Source of the DNA: Trichodesmium erythraeum IMS101
Lineage (GTDB): Bacteria; Cyanobacteriota; Cyanobacteriia; Cyanobacteriales; Microcoleaceae
Length of the DNA stretch: 32,000 bases
Direction of reading: 5' to 3'
Assembly: GCF_000014265.1 (NCBI RefSeq)
Contig: NC_008312.1
Location: forward strand, 4,770,001 to 4,802,000
Numbering within the stretch: the stretch's first letter is position 1; the number at the start of each line of letters is the position of its first letter. Under the pieces are notes generated by a model. The model was not told the DNA's origin. It ran no database searches and saw nothing but the letters and a program-made list of their open reading frames with translations. Position numbers and translations under genes: made by a program. Shown piece after piece: positions 1-9,571 of the stretch.

Positions 1-1032
1 TACGAAGCAAAAATGGCACTCGCCTTTGCCGAACATTACCGAGTCTTGCGCGACGACGGCGTAATGACGGTACAATTTAACCACAAAGAGTCCGGCGCGT
101 GGGATGTCTTAGCAAAATCTCTCATTGACGCTGGTTTTGAAATCACCGCATCTTGGGCAGTCAGTACTGAAAACCCCCAAAACCTCCATCAAGCTAAGAA
201 AAATTCTGTTTCCAGCACCGTCTTACTTGTCTGTCGCAAACGTGACCCCAACGCCCCTCAAGCATGGTGGGATGACCTGCAACCAGAAGTTGCCAACCAA
301 GTAGAGGAACGCGCCCCCGACTTTGAAAAAAATGACATCACGGGAATTGACCTATATCTCAGCGCATTCGGCCCAGCATTAAACGTATTCAGTCGTTCCT
401 ATCCCATATTAGACAACAGTGGAGTAGAAGTCCGCCCCGAAGTCGCCTTTGCTGAAGCTAGAAAAGCGATCGCTAACTACCGCTTCCAGAAACTTGTACA
501 AACAGACACAGCGGGCTTTGATATTTTGACCCAATGGTATTTATTAGCTTGGGATGCTTTCAGTGCCAGGGAGTTCCCCTTTGATGAAGCCAGACAACTT
601 GCCCTAGCCATAGGAGGTTTCAACGTCAACGACCTGGTTAAAGTTCACAAATTATTAGACTCAACGAGTGGCACTTGCAAATTATTAACACCCCGACAAC
701 GACTGAAAAAACGAGCATTTTCGGTCACTCCACAAGATTTTTCTAGTCAATATTTAGTAGATGACATTCATGCTATTATTGCTATTTATCAAGAAGAGGA
801 AAATGTAGAAGTAGTCCGTCGGTTTATGGAAAAAACAGGATTATTAAGCAATGAAATGTTTATGCAAACTATTGAAGTAGCATTAAAAGTAATTCCCGAT
901 AAAATAGAAGAGGAACAAACCTTGATGAATTTGTGTTTAATGATGGATGAAATTAAAGATAATGTCAGTACCCAAGGGAAACAATTAGAATTATTTGAAC
1001 AGCAGTTAAGCTTAGATTTTGGAGATGTTTAA
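1..1032 (+). CDS. DNA methyltransferase, C-terminal part (DUF1156/COG1743-like); 5' end lies outside the window
   Basis: Frame 1 is open from nt 1 (YEAK precedes the first Met of the 13..1032 ORF), so the gene is cut by the window edge. The segment RVLRDDGVMTVQFNHKESGAWDVLAKSLIDAGFEITASWAVSTE resembles, from memory, the region downstream of the catalytic core in DUF1156 methylases found beside helicases in defence islands. No SAM-binding or (D/N)PPY motif lies inside the window, so the call rests on recollected similarity plus context. Confidence 0.5.
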   Translation, partial: YEAKMALAFAEHYRVLRDDGVMTVQFNHKESGAWDVLAKSLIDAGFEITASWAVSTENPQNLHQAKKNSVSSTVLLVCRKRDPNAPQAWWDDLQPEVANQVEERAPDFEKNDITGIDLYLSAFGPALNVFSRSYPILDNSGVEVRPEVAFAEARKAIANYRFQKLVQTDTAGFDILTQWYLLAWDAFSAREFPFDEARQLALAIGGFNVNDLVKVHKLLDSTSGTCKLLTPRQRLKKRAFSVTPQDFSSQYLVDDIHAIIAIYQEEENVEVVRRFMEKTGLLSNEMFMQTIEVALKVIPDKIEEEQTLMNLCLMMDEIKDNVSTQGKQLELFEQQLSLDFGDV

Positions 1033-1132
1033 ATAGCAATTTATAGTTAAAACTTCTACATTCAAAACTAATAGAAGTTTTATCAGTAAAATTGCAGACA
1101 TAAAAGCCAACATAGACATTAAATTAATTCCC

Positions 1133-1160
1133 ATAACTGATAATTGATAACTAATAACTG
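1133..1160. repeat. STRR-like tandem heptamers (ATAACTG ATAATTG ATAACTA ATAACTG)
   Basis: Four consecutive 7-mers read directly in the methylase-helicase spacer. The same heptamer in rotated form, CTGATAA, recurs in tandem at 10481..10497. Confidence 0.7.
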
Positions 1161-1164
1161 AAAA

Positions 1165-4100
1165 ATGCCTAACTTCCGTTCCCATTATTGGTCTATTAGC
1201 TACTCCAGCAATGAAAATAATCCTATTGCTGACTTCTATATCCCTGCCTTAGAATGTGCTATTCAATATGATAGAAAATCTGGTTTTTTTAGTAGTGCTA
1301 TTCTCAGTAAAGTAACCAGAGGATTAGGAGCAATGCTTCAAAATGAAGGTAAAATACGTCTGATTATGGGATGTCAATTTAACCCTCAAGATTTAGAAAC
1401 CATTCAAAAAGGTTATGAGTTGAGAAAAGCTCTAACCCTTCGTCTTGATGCTGACTTAAAACCACCAGAAAATTTTGCCCAGCTCAAACATTTTGAAATT
1501 CTTAGTTGGTTAATTTCTACAGGTTATTTAGATATTAAAATTGCCATTCCTCTTAAAAATAACGGACTGCCAGAAGCAAGCGATCAACAATTAGACCCCC
1601 AACATATTTTCCATGAAAAAGTTGGAATTTTTACGGATAAAAATGGCGACCAAATAGCCTTTAGTGGTTCTAATAATGAATCATTAGGAGGATGGGAACA
1701 AAACGTAGAATCGTTTCATGTTTATTGTGCTTGGGAAGGAGAAAGAGACTTTGATAGAGTACAAGAAGAAGTATATAGATTTGAGAAACTTTGGCATAAT
1801 TTAGCTCCTAATGTGAAAGTATTTAATATTCCAGAAGCCGTTGCAGAAAAACTTTTACGTTATACTCCCTCTACTAAACCCACTTGGAATGAAAAAGTTG
1901 AATTTGACACAAGACCATTACCATCAAAACTATCATATTTTTCTGACAACAAATCCGAGGAAAAAGAGGAAAGTAAAAACATATTTTCTACAGATAATAT
2001 TGTCGAGAAAACCATCACAAATATCTCAGAAGCAGACAAAGAAAAAGAACTTCAAGCTTTTAATATTATCATAAATTCTCATCAACATCCTGGTTGCCTA
2101 GACTATTGCTTACAATCCATCACAATCGACCCTTGGCCTCATCAAATAAAAATTCTTAAACAAGTTGCTAAAAAATTCCCCTGTAACTTTCTCATAGCAG
2201 ATGAAGTTGGATTAGGAAAAACAATTGAAACAGGTTTAATCTTACGTTATTTACTCCTCACAAAAGCCATCCAACGAGTTTTAGTATTAGCACCAGCTAG
2301 CGTTCAACCACAATGGCAAGAAGAACTCAGAGAAAAATTTAATCTGCACTTTTGGAGTTACAACAAAGGAGAATTTAAAGACCCCTACGATAACACTTCA
2401 ACTATTAACAAAACTAACCCTTGGAACAGTCATAAACTAATATTAGCATCCTCCCATTTAGTCAGACGTGCTGAGAGAATGACAGAAATATTAGCAGCAG
2501 AAAAATGGGATTTAATTATTTTAGATGAAGCTCATCATGCTCGTCGCCAAGCCCCCCAAAATAGGAAAGAAACCCCTAACTCTCTCTTGAAATTAATGCA
2601 GCAGTTACGAGAAAAAACTAAATCTTTAATCCTATTATCTGCCACTCCTATGCAAATAGATCCTATCGAAGTATTTGACTTATTAGAACTTTTAGGATTA
2701 AAAGGACATTGGAGTTATGGGGATAATTTTTGTAACTATTTTGCCTCTTTATCAGGTAAACCAGACGAGCATACTTTCAATTTTTGGCAGGTAATGACTA
2801 CAGATTATTTTAGACTAGGAGGAGTACCTTCCTCTCAGTTTGCATCCTATCTAAATAAAAGCGATCGCTTAATGTCCTACCGCCTCCGAGATATTTGGCA
2901 ACAAGGGAAAAAAATAGTTAATCATAAAAAACTAGCACAGGATAAACCCTTTGTGAATACTTCCCGCCAATACCTAACTATTAATACTCCCCTCAAAGAC
3001 TTGATGTTTCGTCACACCCGGGACACCTTACGTCAATATTATCGCCGTGGAATTCTCAATAGAGATATTCCCAAACGAGTTGTACAGGATAAAGCCATTA
3101 TATTAGAACCCAACAGAGAAGTACAATTATATGTAGAAGTTAGTGACTATGTACGTCATTTCTATAAATTAGCTCAAAAAGAAAATCGTCAGGCGCTAGG
3201 TTTTCTAATGACTCTTTACCGCAAACGTCTCACCAGCTCGTTTTTTGCAATTCGGGAGTCATTGCAACGTCGTTTGGATGGTATTAGTATTACCGCTGAC
3301 GACTTGGGAGACTTAGATGATGCTGACGATGCTATTATTACAGGATTAGAAAGTTATTGCCAAACTGAAACTGTAGACCCCCAGGAAATTGAATATTTAG
3401 AAAGTCTATTGTTGCAGTTTGAAAATACTGGTGAAGATACTAAACTATCTCACTTCATCACAACTTTAAGAACAGAATTAATAGATAGAGACAGTGTAAT
3501 TATATTTACCCAATATACCGACACAATGGATTATTTACGACGGACTTTAAAAGATTTATATGGTAGTCAAATTGCCTGTTATTCTGGACGCGGTGGAGAA
3601 GTTTATCAAGATCAAAAATGGTGTCTAGTTCCTAAAGAGAAAATCAAACAAAAATTTCGAGCTGGAAGTATAAAAATATTATTATGTACTGAGTCAGCAT
3701 CCGAAGGTTTAAACTTACAAACCTGTGGAGTAATTATTAATTATGATATGCCTTGGAACCCAATGCGAGTTGAACAGAGAATTGGTAGATTAGATAGAAT
3801 AGGTCAATTTTATCCCACTGTGAGAATTTATAACTTTTATTATGATGGAACAGTAGAAGCTAAAGTTTATAAAAAACTGCGCGATCGTATTGATACTTTT
3901 CAAAATATAGTAGGCAACCTTCAACCTATTTTAGCCAAAGTTCCTACTTTTATAGAGAAAGCAGTTATGAGTGCCGACCCTGAAGAAGAAAATGTATTAA
4001 TGTCTGATTTTGATAAAAATGTGTTAAATACTCCTCCATTAAGACCTGCTTTAGATGAGATGGTAGCCATGGATGTAGAGACAGACTTGACGGAAATTAG

Positions 4101-4362
4101 ACAACCGCTAATTCCTACAAATTTATCTGCTGAACTAATAGAAAACTTATTTACTGATTCGTTACTATTAAAATTATCAGGGATAAAATTTACATTTTTA
4201 GAGGATAAATTGTGGCAGTTAAACTATCAAAATAGTAATTATCAAGTAACATTTGATGTGAATGTTTTTGAGGGTAAACCATCTGTAAGATTTATGAGCT
4301 TTGGAGAACCTTTATTTGAAGAATTGTTAGGGTTAATAATGAATAATAGCAGCAACCTTTAA
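1165..4362 (+). CDS. HKD (phospholipase-D family) nuclease domain fused to an SNF2-like superfamily-2 helicase
   Basis: 1065-aa ORF with an ATG start. The N-terminal region has YDRKSGFFSSAIL and an HKD-like motif HEKVGIFTD...FSGSNNES. A K/E-rich linker follows. Helicase motifs are I LIADEVGLGKTIE, II ILDEAHHAR (DEAH), III LLSATPMQ, ASEGLNLQ, and VI WNPMRVEQRIGRLDRIGQ. A C-terminal region of about 160 aa carries no motif I recognise. Confidence 0.85.
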   Translation: MPNFRSHYWSISYSSNENNPIADFYIPALECAIQYDRKSGFFSSAILSKVTRGLGAMLQNEGKIRLIMGCQFNPQDLETIQKGYELRKALTLRLDADLKPPENFAQLKHFEILSWLISTGYLDIKIAIPLKNNGLPEASDQQLDPQHIFHEKVGIFTDKNGDQIAFSGSNNESLGGWEQNVESFHVYCAWEGERDFDRVQEEVYRFEKLWHNLAPNVKVFNIPEAVAEKLLRYTPSTKPTWNEKVEFDTRPLPSKLSYFSDNKSEEKEESKNIFSTDNIVEKTITNISEADKEKELQAFNIIINSHQHPGCLDYCLQSITIDPWPHQIKILKQVAKKFPCNFLIADEVGLGKTIETGLILRYLLLTKAIQRVLVLAPASVQPQWQEELREKFNLHFWSYNKGEFKDPYDNTSTINKTNPWNSHKLILASSHLVRRAERMTEILAAEKWDLIILDEAHHARRQAPQNRKETPNSLLKLMQQLREKTKSLILLSATPMQIDPIEVFDLLELLGLKGHWSYGDNFCNYFASLSGKPDEHTFNFWQVMTTDYFRLGGVPSSQFASYLNKSDRLMSYRLRDIWQQGKKIVNHKKLAQDKPFVNTSRQYLTINTPLKDLMFRHTRDTLRQYYRRGILNRDIPKRVVQDKAIILEPNREVQLYVEVSDYVRHFYKLAQKENRQALGFLMTLYRKRLTSSFFAIRESLQRRLDGISITADDLGDLDDADDAIITGLESYCQTETVDPQEIEYLESLLLQFENTGEDTKLSHFITTLRTELIDRDSVIIFTQYTDTMDYLRRTLKDLYGSQIACYSGRGGEVYQDQKWCLVPKEKIKQKFRAGSIKILLCTESASEGLNLQTCGVIINYDMPWNPMRVEQRIGRLDRIGQFYPTVRIYNFYYDGTVEAKVYKKLRDRIDTFQNIVGNLQPILAKVPTFIEKAVMSADPEEENVLMSDFDKNVLNTPPLRPALDEMVAMDVETDLTEIRQPLIPTNLSAELIENLFTDSLLLKLSGIKFTFLEDKLWQLNYQNSNYQVTFDVNVFEGKPSVRFMSFGEPLFEELLGLIMNNSSNL

Positions 4363-4820
4363 CCAATCATCAATTAAATCTCCTAATAAATCACTTATAT
4401 CCCCTATGCTTTTATGACTACACCCATAAAAGTTTGGTTAGAAACTTCAACTAAGTAGAATGGAGAGGGGCTAGGTAATCCTTGAAAATATTAAGTGCTT
4501 TAGTCTTTTTGGAGATGTCTACTAGCTAATATTTTAGTTGCAGCTTTAAAAGGACAGAAAAGATACCAAATGAGTTATATAAGTCCGGTAGATGCTAACC
4601 ATTGATAAACGAAATTGACTTCAATTATGTTGTGTAGACATAAACTTTTTCTTCCTACAATTTTTGCTTTTGAATCTTAGAGGCTGTTTGAAAAGGGGTA
4701 GGAGTGTAGCTTTATCAGCCAAAGCAATGAGAACTTAAGCGCGCTCATACTCATACTGAATCTGTCCAAAAGGAATTAAAAATGCCTTAAATTCAAAAGG
4801 TGTAAGTTTTTTGAATTTAT

Positions 4821-6155
4821 TCAGCAAGCCTTAATTATTCTTAACTTAATTGGAGTTAAAATTGTATTACGACGTTTAGGAAAAATTTGACCATAATTAG
4901 TTAATTCTAATCGATGATGAGAAATAATTGTTGCTAAAGTTAATTTCATTTGATATAAAGCTATGTCTGCACCAATACAACCACGCATTCCTCTTCCAAA
5001 AGGTAAAAATTCAAAAGAGGAAAAACGATGTTCAATAAAACGCTCCGGTTTAAACTCCTCTGGTTGATCATAAATATCTTCGCGATGATGTAAAATATAA
5101 GTACCAACTGTTACTAACATTCCCTTATCAAGTTGATAGCCATTAATTTCTGTTGTATTTTTAACTATTCTAGGAATCATAAACATGGTCACAGGATATT
5201 TACGCAAAGTTTCATTACAAACTGCACTTAAATAAGGAAGATTAAACAGACTCAGAGGTTCTGGAGAATCCCCTAAGTTATTGATTTCTTCTAATAGTTT
5301 TTCTTTGATTTTACTGTTACGGTAAACTTCATACCATGACCAAGCTATAGATGCTGCTGTTGATTCATTTCCTGTAAATAATAATGATAATAATTGACCT
5401 AATAATTCTTCATCATTGAGAAAATTTCCTTTCTCATCTTGAGCAGTCATTAAAAGACTTAAAATATCTGTTCTTTCTTGGTTAGGATGATTCCGGCGCT
5501 CGGCAATTTCCTGATAAATTAGCTGTTGTATTTTTCGCCTTTGTTGCAAAAAATTTCCCCAAGGACTTACCAATCCTAAATCTTGTTGTAGAAATTTAAA
5601 AAATAAAGGAAAACCAAAAACATTAGCAGCAAATAAGCTTACCATGTTAATCATCAGTTGTTTGATTTTTTGATAGCGCTCTTGTTGATAGTTACCAAAC
5701 AATAATTTAATCATTACTTGCATAGAAATTTCTTGAGCTATTTCTAATGCTGAAAACGATTGATTGAATGGTAAATTTTCAATTAAATTATTAACTAAAT
5801 TACAAATTAATTCCCCATAAGTTTTTATATGTTTTCCATGTAAAGCAGGAATTAATAATTTGCGCATTTTTTTATGATTAGTTCCTTCTAAGATAAAAAA
5901 AGAACTATCGCCAAAAATAGCAGTTAATTCACTATCAAAAGAAGTAGTTGTCAGATCTCCTTGACAATTTTCAATAATTTGTTTAGCGGCTGAAGGAGTA
6001 TAAAATACCATTAATGGTTTACCAAAATTTATCCCTTGGGCATAAAAAGCATCTTTATAACTCGAGTAAGCCTTTTGCCAATAACTAACTGGATTAGTAA
6101 TATAATTAAATCTTTGTAGCCACAAGGGAGTTTTTAATGCACAAACTTGTTTCAT
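4821..6155 (-). CDS. cytochrome P450 monooxygenase
   Basis: Heme-binding loop FGRGMRGCIG (FxxGxRxCxG), I-helix TGNEST, and ExxR as ETLR. I prefer the ATG at 6155 (MKQVCALK...) over the ORF-track start at 6188, because AGGAGG (complement of 6162..6167) lies 6 nt upstream of it. Confidence 0.9.
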   Translation of the reverse strand: MKQVCALKTPLWLQRFNYITNPVSYWQKAYSSYKDAFYAQGINFGKPLMVFYTPSAAKQIIENCQGDLTTTSFDSELTAIFGDSSFFILEGTNHKKMRKLLIPALHGKHIKTYGELICNLVNNLIENLPFNQSFSALEIAQEISMQVMIKLLFGNYQQERYQKIKQLMINMVSLFAANVFGFPLFFKFLQQDLGLVSPWGNFLQQRRKIQQLIYQEIAERRNHPNQERTDILSLLMTAQDEKGNFLNDEELLGQLLSLLFTGNESTAASIAWSWYEVYRNSKIKEKLLEEINNLGDSPEPLSLFNLPYLSAVCNETLRKYPVTMFMIPRIVKNTTEINGYQLDKGMLVTVGTYILHHREDIYDQPEEFKPERFIEHRFSSFEFLPFGRGMRGCIGADIALYQMKLTLATIISHHRLELTNYGQIFPKRRNTILTPIKLRIIKAC

Positions 6156-6188
6156 CCTAGACCTCCTGAAAAGTTTAAATTCAATCAA

Positions 6189-6278
6189 CAGGACTTACAT
6201 AGTGTCGCTATATGTAGTTTCTTTTTAGTAATTATCTTAAATATTTACACTACATTTATTTCCTTTGCATAAGCCCTG
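6189..6278. mobile_element. MITE-like element, degenerate copy (ends CAGGACTTACA ... TGCATAAGCCCTG)
   Basis: 90 bp with imperfect terminal inverted repeats. It matches the better-preserved copies at 14049..14138 and 22455..22536 in length, termini and the internal CTATAT(G)TAG segment. Confidence 0.45.
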
Positions 6279-6316
6279 ATTAATTCAAGATATAGTATTA
6301 ATAATTTCATCCTCCT

Positions 6317-6356
6317 ATTACCTATTCCCTATTCCCTGACTTCTGCAAGAAGTCTA
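6317..6356 (-). repeat. 40-nt hairpin-plus-heptamer repeat, copy 1
   Basis: The reverse complement reads TAGACTTCTTGCAGAAGTCAGGGAATAGGGAATAGGTAAT and matches 23768..23807 at 37 of 40 positions. It contains a 7-bp stem GACTTCT/AGAAGTC (6338..6354) and tandem CCTATT(A/C) heptamers. Confidence 0.75.
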
Positions 6357-6361
6357 AGAAA

Positions 6362-6401
6362 GTGTCTATAAAATAAATCTTAATATTTGTTTTATAGACA
6401 C
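6362..6401. repeat. Perfect 12-bp-arm hairpin GTGTCTATAAAA-N16-TTTTATAGACAC
   Basis: Arms at 6362..6373 and 6390..6401 are exact reverse complements. The left arm belongs to a 27-nt motif (6357..6383) that recurs at 14290..14316 (26/27); the start of the 13956 repeat copy matches it more loosely. Confidence 0.8.
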
Positions 6402-6412
6402 CCTCTAAGCAT

Positions 6413-7207
6413 TCAGTAGTCAGCTATCAGCTTTGTTACCTTCGTGGTATAGTTGACTTCTCGAACACGAGCTCCTGTTTGGTCAAAGTGCTCCCAGGGA
6501 CTACTCAATAGTCCTGCTTCATAGATTTCGCTTTTTTCTCTCTCAAAAAAAGTCTGGTTTTTGATTAATAAATTAGACAAATGCCCGGCTGACATGGAGA
6601 CGCCCATATTCTCTAAAAACTCTAACAGTTTGCCTTAGGTCATATTTCCCCTATAGTACAAACTAATGATTAAGGTTTTGATTGCCGGAGCAAATTCTCC
6701 TTCGTAACCTAGTGGTAATTCTGCCAAAAAAGTTTTTCGGTTTTGAGGTAAGTAGTATTTTTCCTTGCGAAACAATACGTTATCTGTTTTTAGTAAAATA
6801 TCTTGAACAATTACTTCTTCGTAACCTTTAAACTCTGCATATGCTGGTAGCTCTTCCTTTGAATAGAATACTATCTCTTCTCGGTCTACTTTTATTGTCT
6901 CCTTTTTACTGGTTTTACTATGTTCTCTTGGAGTTTTTCGTTTTTTCTCTGACGAGTGGTCTTTCTGAAATTCTCTCTTTTTGCTAGCTTTGATGTCTGG
7001 TTTGCCTTATTCACCTATGAGACGGTTGTTTCCGTCCCGTAGCTTTTGGTTTTCTTCTTCTAATTGTGTAACTTTTGAGTTAAGTTGTTCTACCAGATTC
7101 AGTAATAGTTCTACTGTTTGATGCACTCAGACCTCTGCAATCTTTCCTGGGTCAATTGATTACAGTAATGTGGTGACTAATTTCTCTGATGATAGTTTTT
7201 GCCTCAT
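6413..7207 (-). pseudogene. transposase-like pseudogene (N-terminal part only, family not assigned)
   Basis: The minus-strand reading from the ATG at 7207 gives a coiled-coil LNLVEQLNSKVTQLEEENQKLRDGNNRL, then a basic K/R/S-rich stretch, then GEFAPAIKTLIISLYYRGNMT*GKLLEFLENMGVSMSAGHLSNLLIK...SSPWEHFDQTGARV. Several in-frame stops interrupt it and no catalytic half follows. The layout resembles cyanobacterial IS transposase N-termini, but I cannot name the family. Confidence 0.45.
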
Positions 7208-7277
7208 GAGTCATATTTTACAACACTAGGTGTACTTTTTCTCTTCTTTCCCCAATTTATTGAGCGGATACTAGTAT

Positions 7278-8387
7278 TTATTTAGTAGCTACAATAATTC
7301 CACTAGGAGCCCAAAAATTACAGGGAATACGTTTTATTTTTGTAAATCCTGCATCTTTTAAACATTGCTCATGATCTTTCCAAGAGTAAATCATACCACC
7401 CTCATGAGGAATAGAAACAAAGTAAGATGAATCTAAGGCTCCCATCAAGGGTCCATCTTCATAATCATTACTCATCATGTTAAAAATAACAACAGAGCCA
7501 CCGGGGTTAAGTGCTTCATAAGCTCGTCGTAATAAAATGGTATTTTTATCTAATGACCAAATTACTAAGACATGAATAAAGAGAAAACAATCTTGATTTT
7601 GAAGAAATTCATCTACAAAAATATTAGATTTAAATACTGTTATTCTGTCACTTAATTGGTTTTGTTCAATATTTTTTTGAGCAATTTTACAACTATCAGG
7701 AATATCCATCAATGTAATATTTACATCGGGAAAAGCTTTGGCTAAAGCTATTGAATTTGTTGCGTCTCCACCACCAACATCTACAATATTTTTGAAGTTA
7801 GAAAAGTCAACATTTTCAAATAGTAAAGGATTAACTAATTTTGACCATGAACCCATAAAGTTATAAAATACTTGGTCTAGTCCTGTATTTTGATGTAAAC
7901 GATTATATAAATCTTCTCCTTTGCCTTCAAACCGACGTAAACCAACGTTTGTATTTTGACGTAAAGATTCTACATAATCTATACAACCACGATATACAAT
8001 TTTTGCTTCAAAAAGAACTACATCATAAAATTCTTGCCAAGTTTTTTCCAGGAATAACATCTGAATTACTAGACTATTATGATATTTATTTTCAACTTTT
8101 ATTAGTAATTTTAATCCTGTTAAAGCTAACAATAAAGCTTTAGTAGGATAATCTTCAAGTTTTAATTTTGTACTAATTTCTAGAGCTGATAAATCTCCTT
8201 GATTGAATAGTAATTCAAATACACCAAGTTCACAACCAGCATAAAGATTTTGAAATGCTAAGTGGCCATGTAATAGCAAGACTAAATCATCCATTTTTAA
8301 GGAGTCTTGATTACTATTAATTAACTGCAACGTTTGTAAATCTGTATGAACATTATGAGAAGAAATTTCTATCTTTTTCATCATCAA
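7278..8387 (-). CDS. class I SAM-dependent O-methyltransferase (dimerisation domain + Methyltransf_2-like)
   Basis: 369 aa. SAM motif I is IVDVGGGDATNSIALAKAFPD followed by LMDIPD. The N-terminal winged-helix-like dimerisation region is typical of small-molecule O-methyltransferases. Three consecutive ATG codons lie at 8381..8387. Confidence 0.8.
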   Translation of the reverse strand: MMMKKIEISSHNVHTDLQTLQLINSNQDSLKMDDLVLLLHGHLAFQNLYAGCELGVFELLFNQGDLSALEISTKLKLEDYPTKALLLALTGLKLLIKVENKYHNSLVIQMLFLEKTWQEFYDVVLFEAKIVYRGCIDYVESLRQNTNVGLRRFEGKGEDLYNRLHQNTGLDQVFYNFMGSWSKLVNPLLFENVDFSNFKNIVDVGGGDATNSIALAKAFPDVNITLMDIPDSCKIAQKNIEQNQLSDRITVFKSNIFVDEFLQNQDCFLFIHVLVIWSLDKNTILLRRAYEALNPGGSVVIFNMMSNDYEDGPLMGALDSSYFVSIPHEGGMIYSWKDHEQCLKDAGFTKIKRIPCNFWAPSGIIVATK

Positions 8388-8562
8388 ATTATCCTTGTTG
8401 ATTTTGTTATTGGTAAATTAATTTTTTGTAAGCAATCAGCTATTAGCTGTCAGATATGAACAATAATAACCCTTTCTTTTATGCGACGCTTACGCAGTTA
8501 CGACCCAGGAGGCTAGGTGATTAATTAATGCTTACGATTTTTTTAATCACTAAAATTTATAA

Positions 8563-9531
8563 TTAGGAAACAAGTTCCTTTTTTAGTGCATATTGACTTG
8601 ACAGTGATAAATATATACCAAATAGAACTATACTACAAAAGATACTATTTGCAATACTTAATTGTTCACTCAAGATACTCCAAGCTAAGATAGTACTTAG
8701 GACAGGATCAATTAACATGATTATAGCTACTAATCCTGATGATAAATAGTTTAAAGAATATGTTATCAATCCTTGACCAATAACTTGAGAACATAAAGCT
8801 AAAGCAATAACAGCTAACCATCCCTTCAATGAAATAGGAAAAAAATGATTATCTGTAACAATAAGAATAATTACTGTGACTAAAGTAGCAACTAAACAAC
8901 ACCAAAACATTAAAATTTTTGTAGTAAACTTGGTTAAAAGATGTTCCATAATTAGTAATTCTAATGCTGATAAAACTGCTGATATTACTGATAATAAATC
9001 TCCTTCTAGTTTAATCATTGAGTCTGAAAAATCGTTGAACCCTATTAAAATTGCTCCGGCGATCGCAATAATCATACCTGTTAAAAATTTAAGATCGAAA
9101 AACTTTTTGAAAAAAAGCCATCCTCCTAAAACAGTTAATAATGGGCGTAAACCATGAAGAATAGTAATAGAATTAGCTACACTGGTTTGAGATAGTGACC
9201 AAGCCCATAATAGATGAATACCAGCAAATAAACTTCCCATTAAAAGCAATAAACCAATCACTTTATAAGTATAAACATGATTGTCATCCGAGGAAGTATG
9301 AGCTGATGATTTTTGACTAATAGTATCGATAAAATTCCAGAGTCCAAATATAACAGTAGCTATCCAAAAACGATTAAATACAGTAGCTTTTGCACCAATT
9401 TCAGTAATACTTAATTTCACAAAAATAGGTCCAAAACTAATAGCAGTAATAGCAATTAAAAGTAAACTAAAACCAAAAATAACTGTCTTTTTTGACGATA
9501 AATAATTAATATCTTGTAATTTATTGTTCAT
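8563..9531 (-). CDS. EamA/DMT-superfamily transporter (putative exporter)
   Basis: 322 aa and almost entirely hydrophobic, with about 10 predicted TM helices in two halves, which is the usual EamA duplication. Confidence 0.75.
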   Translation of the reverse strand: MNNKLQDINYLSSKKTVIFGFSLLLIAITAISFGPIFVKLSITEIGAKATVFNRFWIATVIFGLWNFIDTISQKSSAHTSSDDNHVYTYKVIGLLLLMGSLFAGIHLLWAWSLSQTSVANSITILHGLRPLLTVLGGWLFFKKFFDLKFLTGMIIAIAGAILIGFNDFSDSMIKLEGDLLSVISAVLSALELLIMEHLLTKFTTKILMFWCCLVATLVTVIILIVTDNHFFPISLKGWLAVIALALCSQVIGQGLITYSLNYLSSGLVAIIMLIDPVLSTILAWSILSEQLSIANSIFCSIVLFGIYLSLSSQYALKKELVS

Positions 9532-9571
9532 TATTATTTACTTAGACAACATTATTTACTTAGACAACAGG

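Noticed and set aside
1841-2074. Nested or antisense ORFs inside longer genes: 1841..2074, 7949..8143, 8876..9157, 13021..13221, 18978..19160, 19571..19789, 19626..19856
   Set aside because: Each lies wholly within a longer ORF that carries clear family motifs. Their translations are K/I/L/N-rich, low-complexity products, as expected from off-frame reading of AT-rich coding DNA.
1-4362. Calling the methylase-helicase pair a DISARM or BREX system
   Set aside because: No DUF1998, DrmA-like, PglX, PglZ or BrxC-like genes are visible. In DISARM the PLD nuclease is a separate protein, whereas here it is fused to the SNF2 helicase. The DUF1156/helicase (Hma-like) architecture fits better, but it cannot be confirmed without the upstream DNA.
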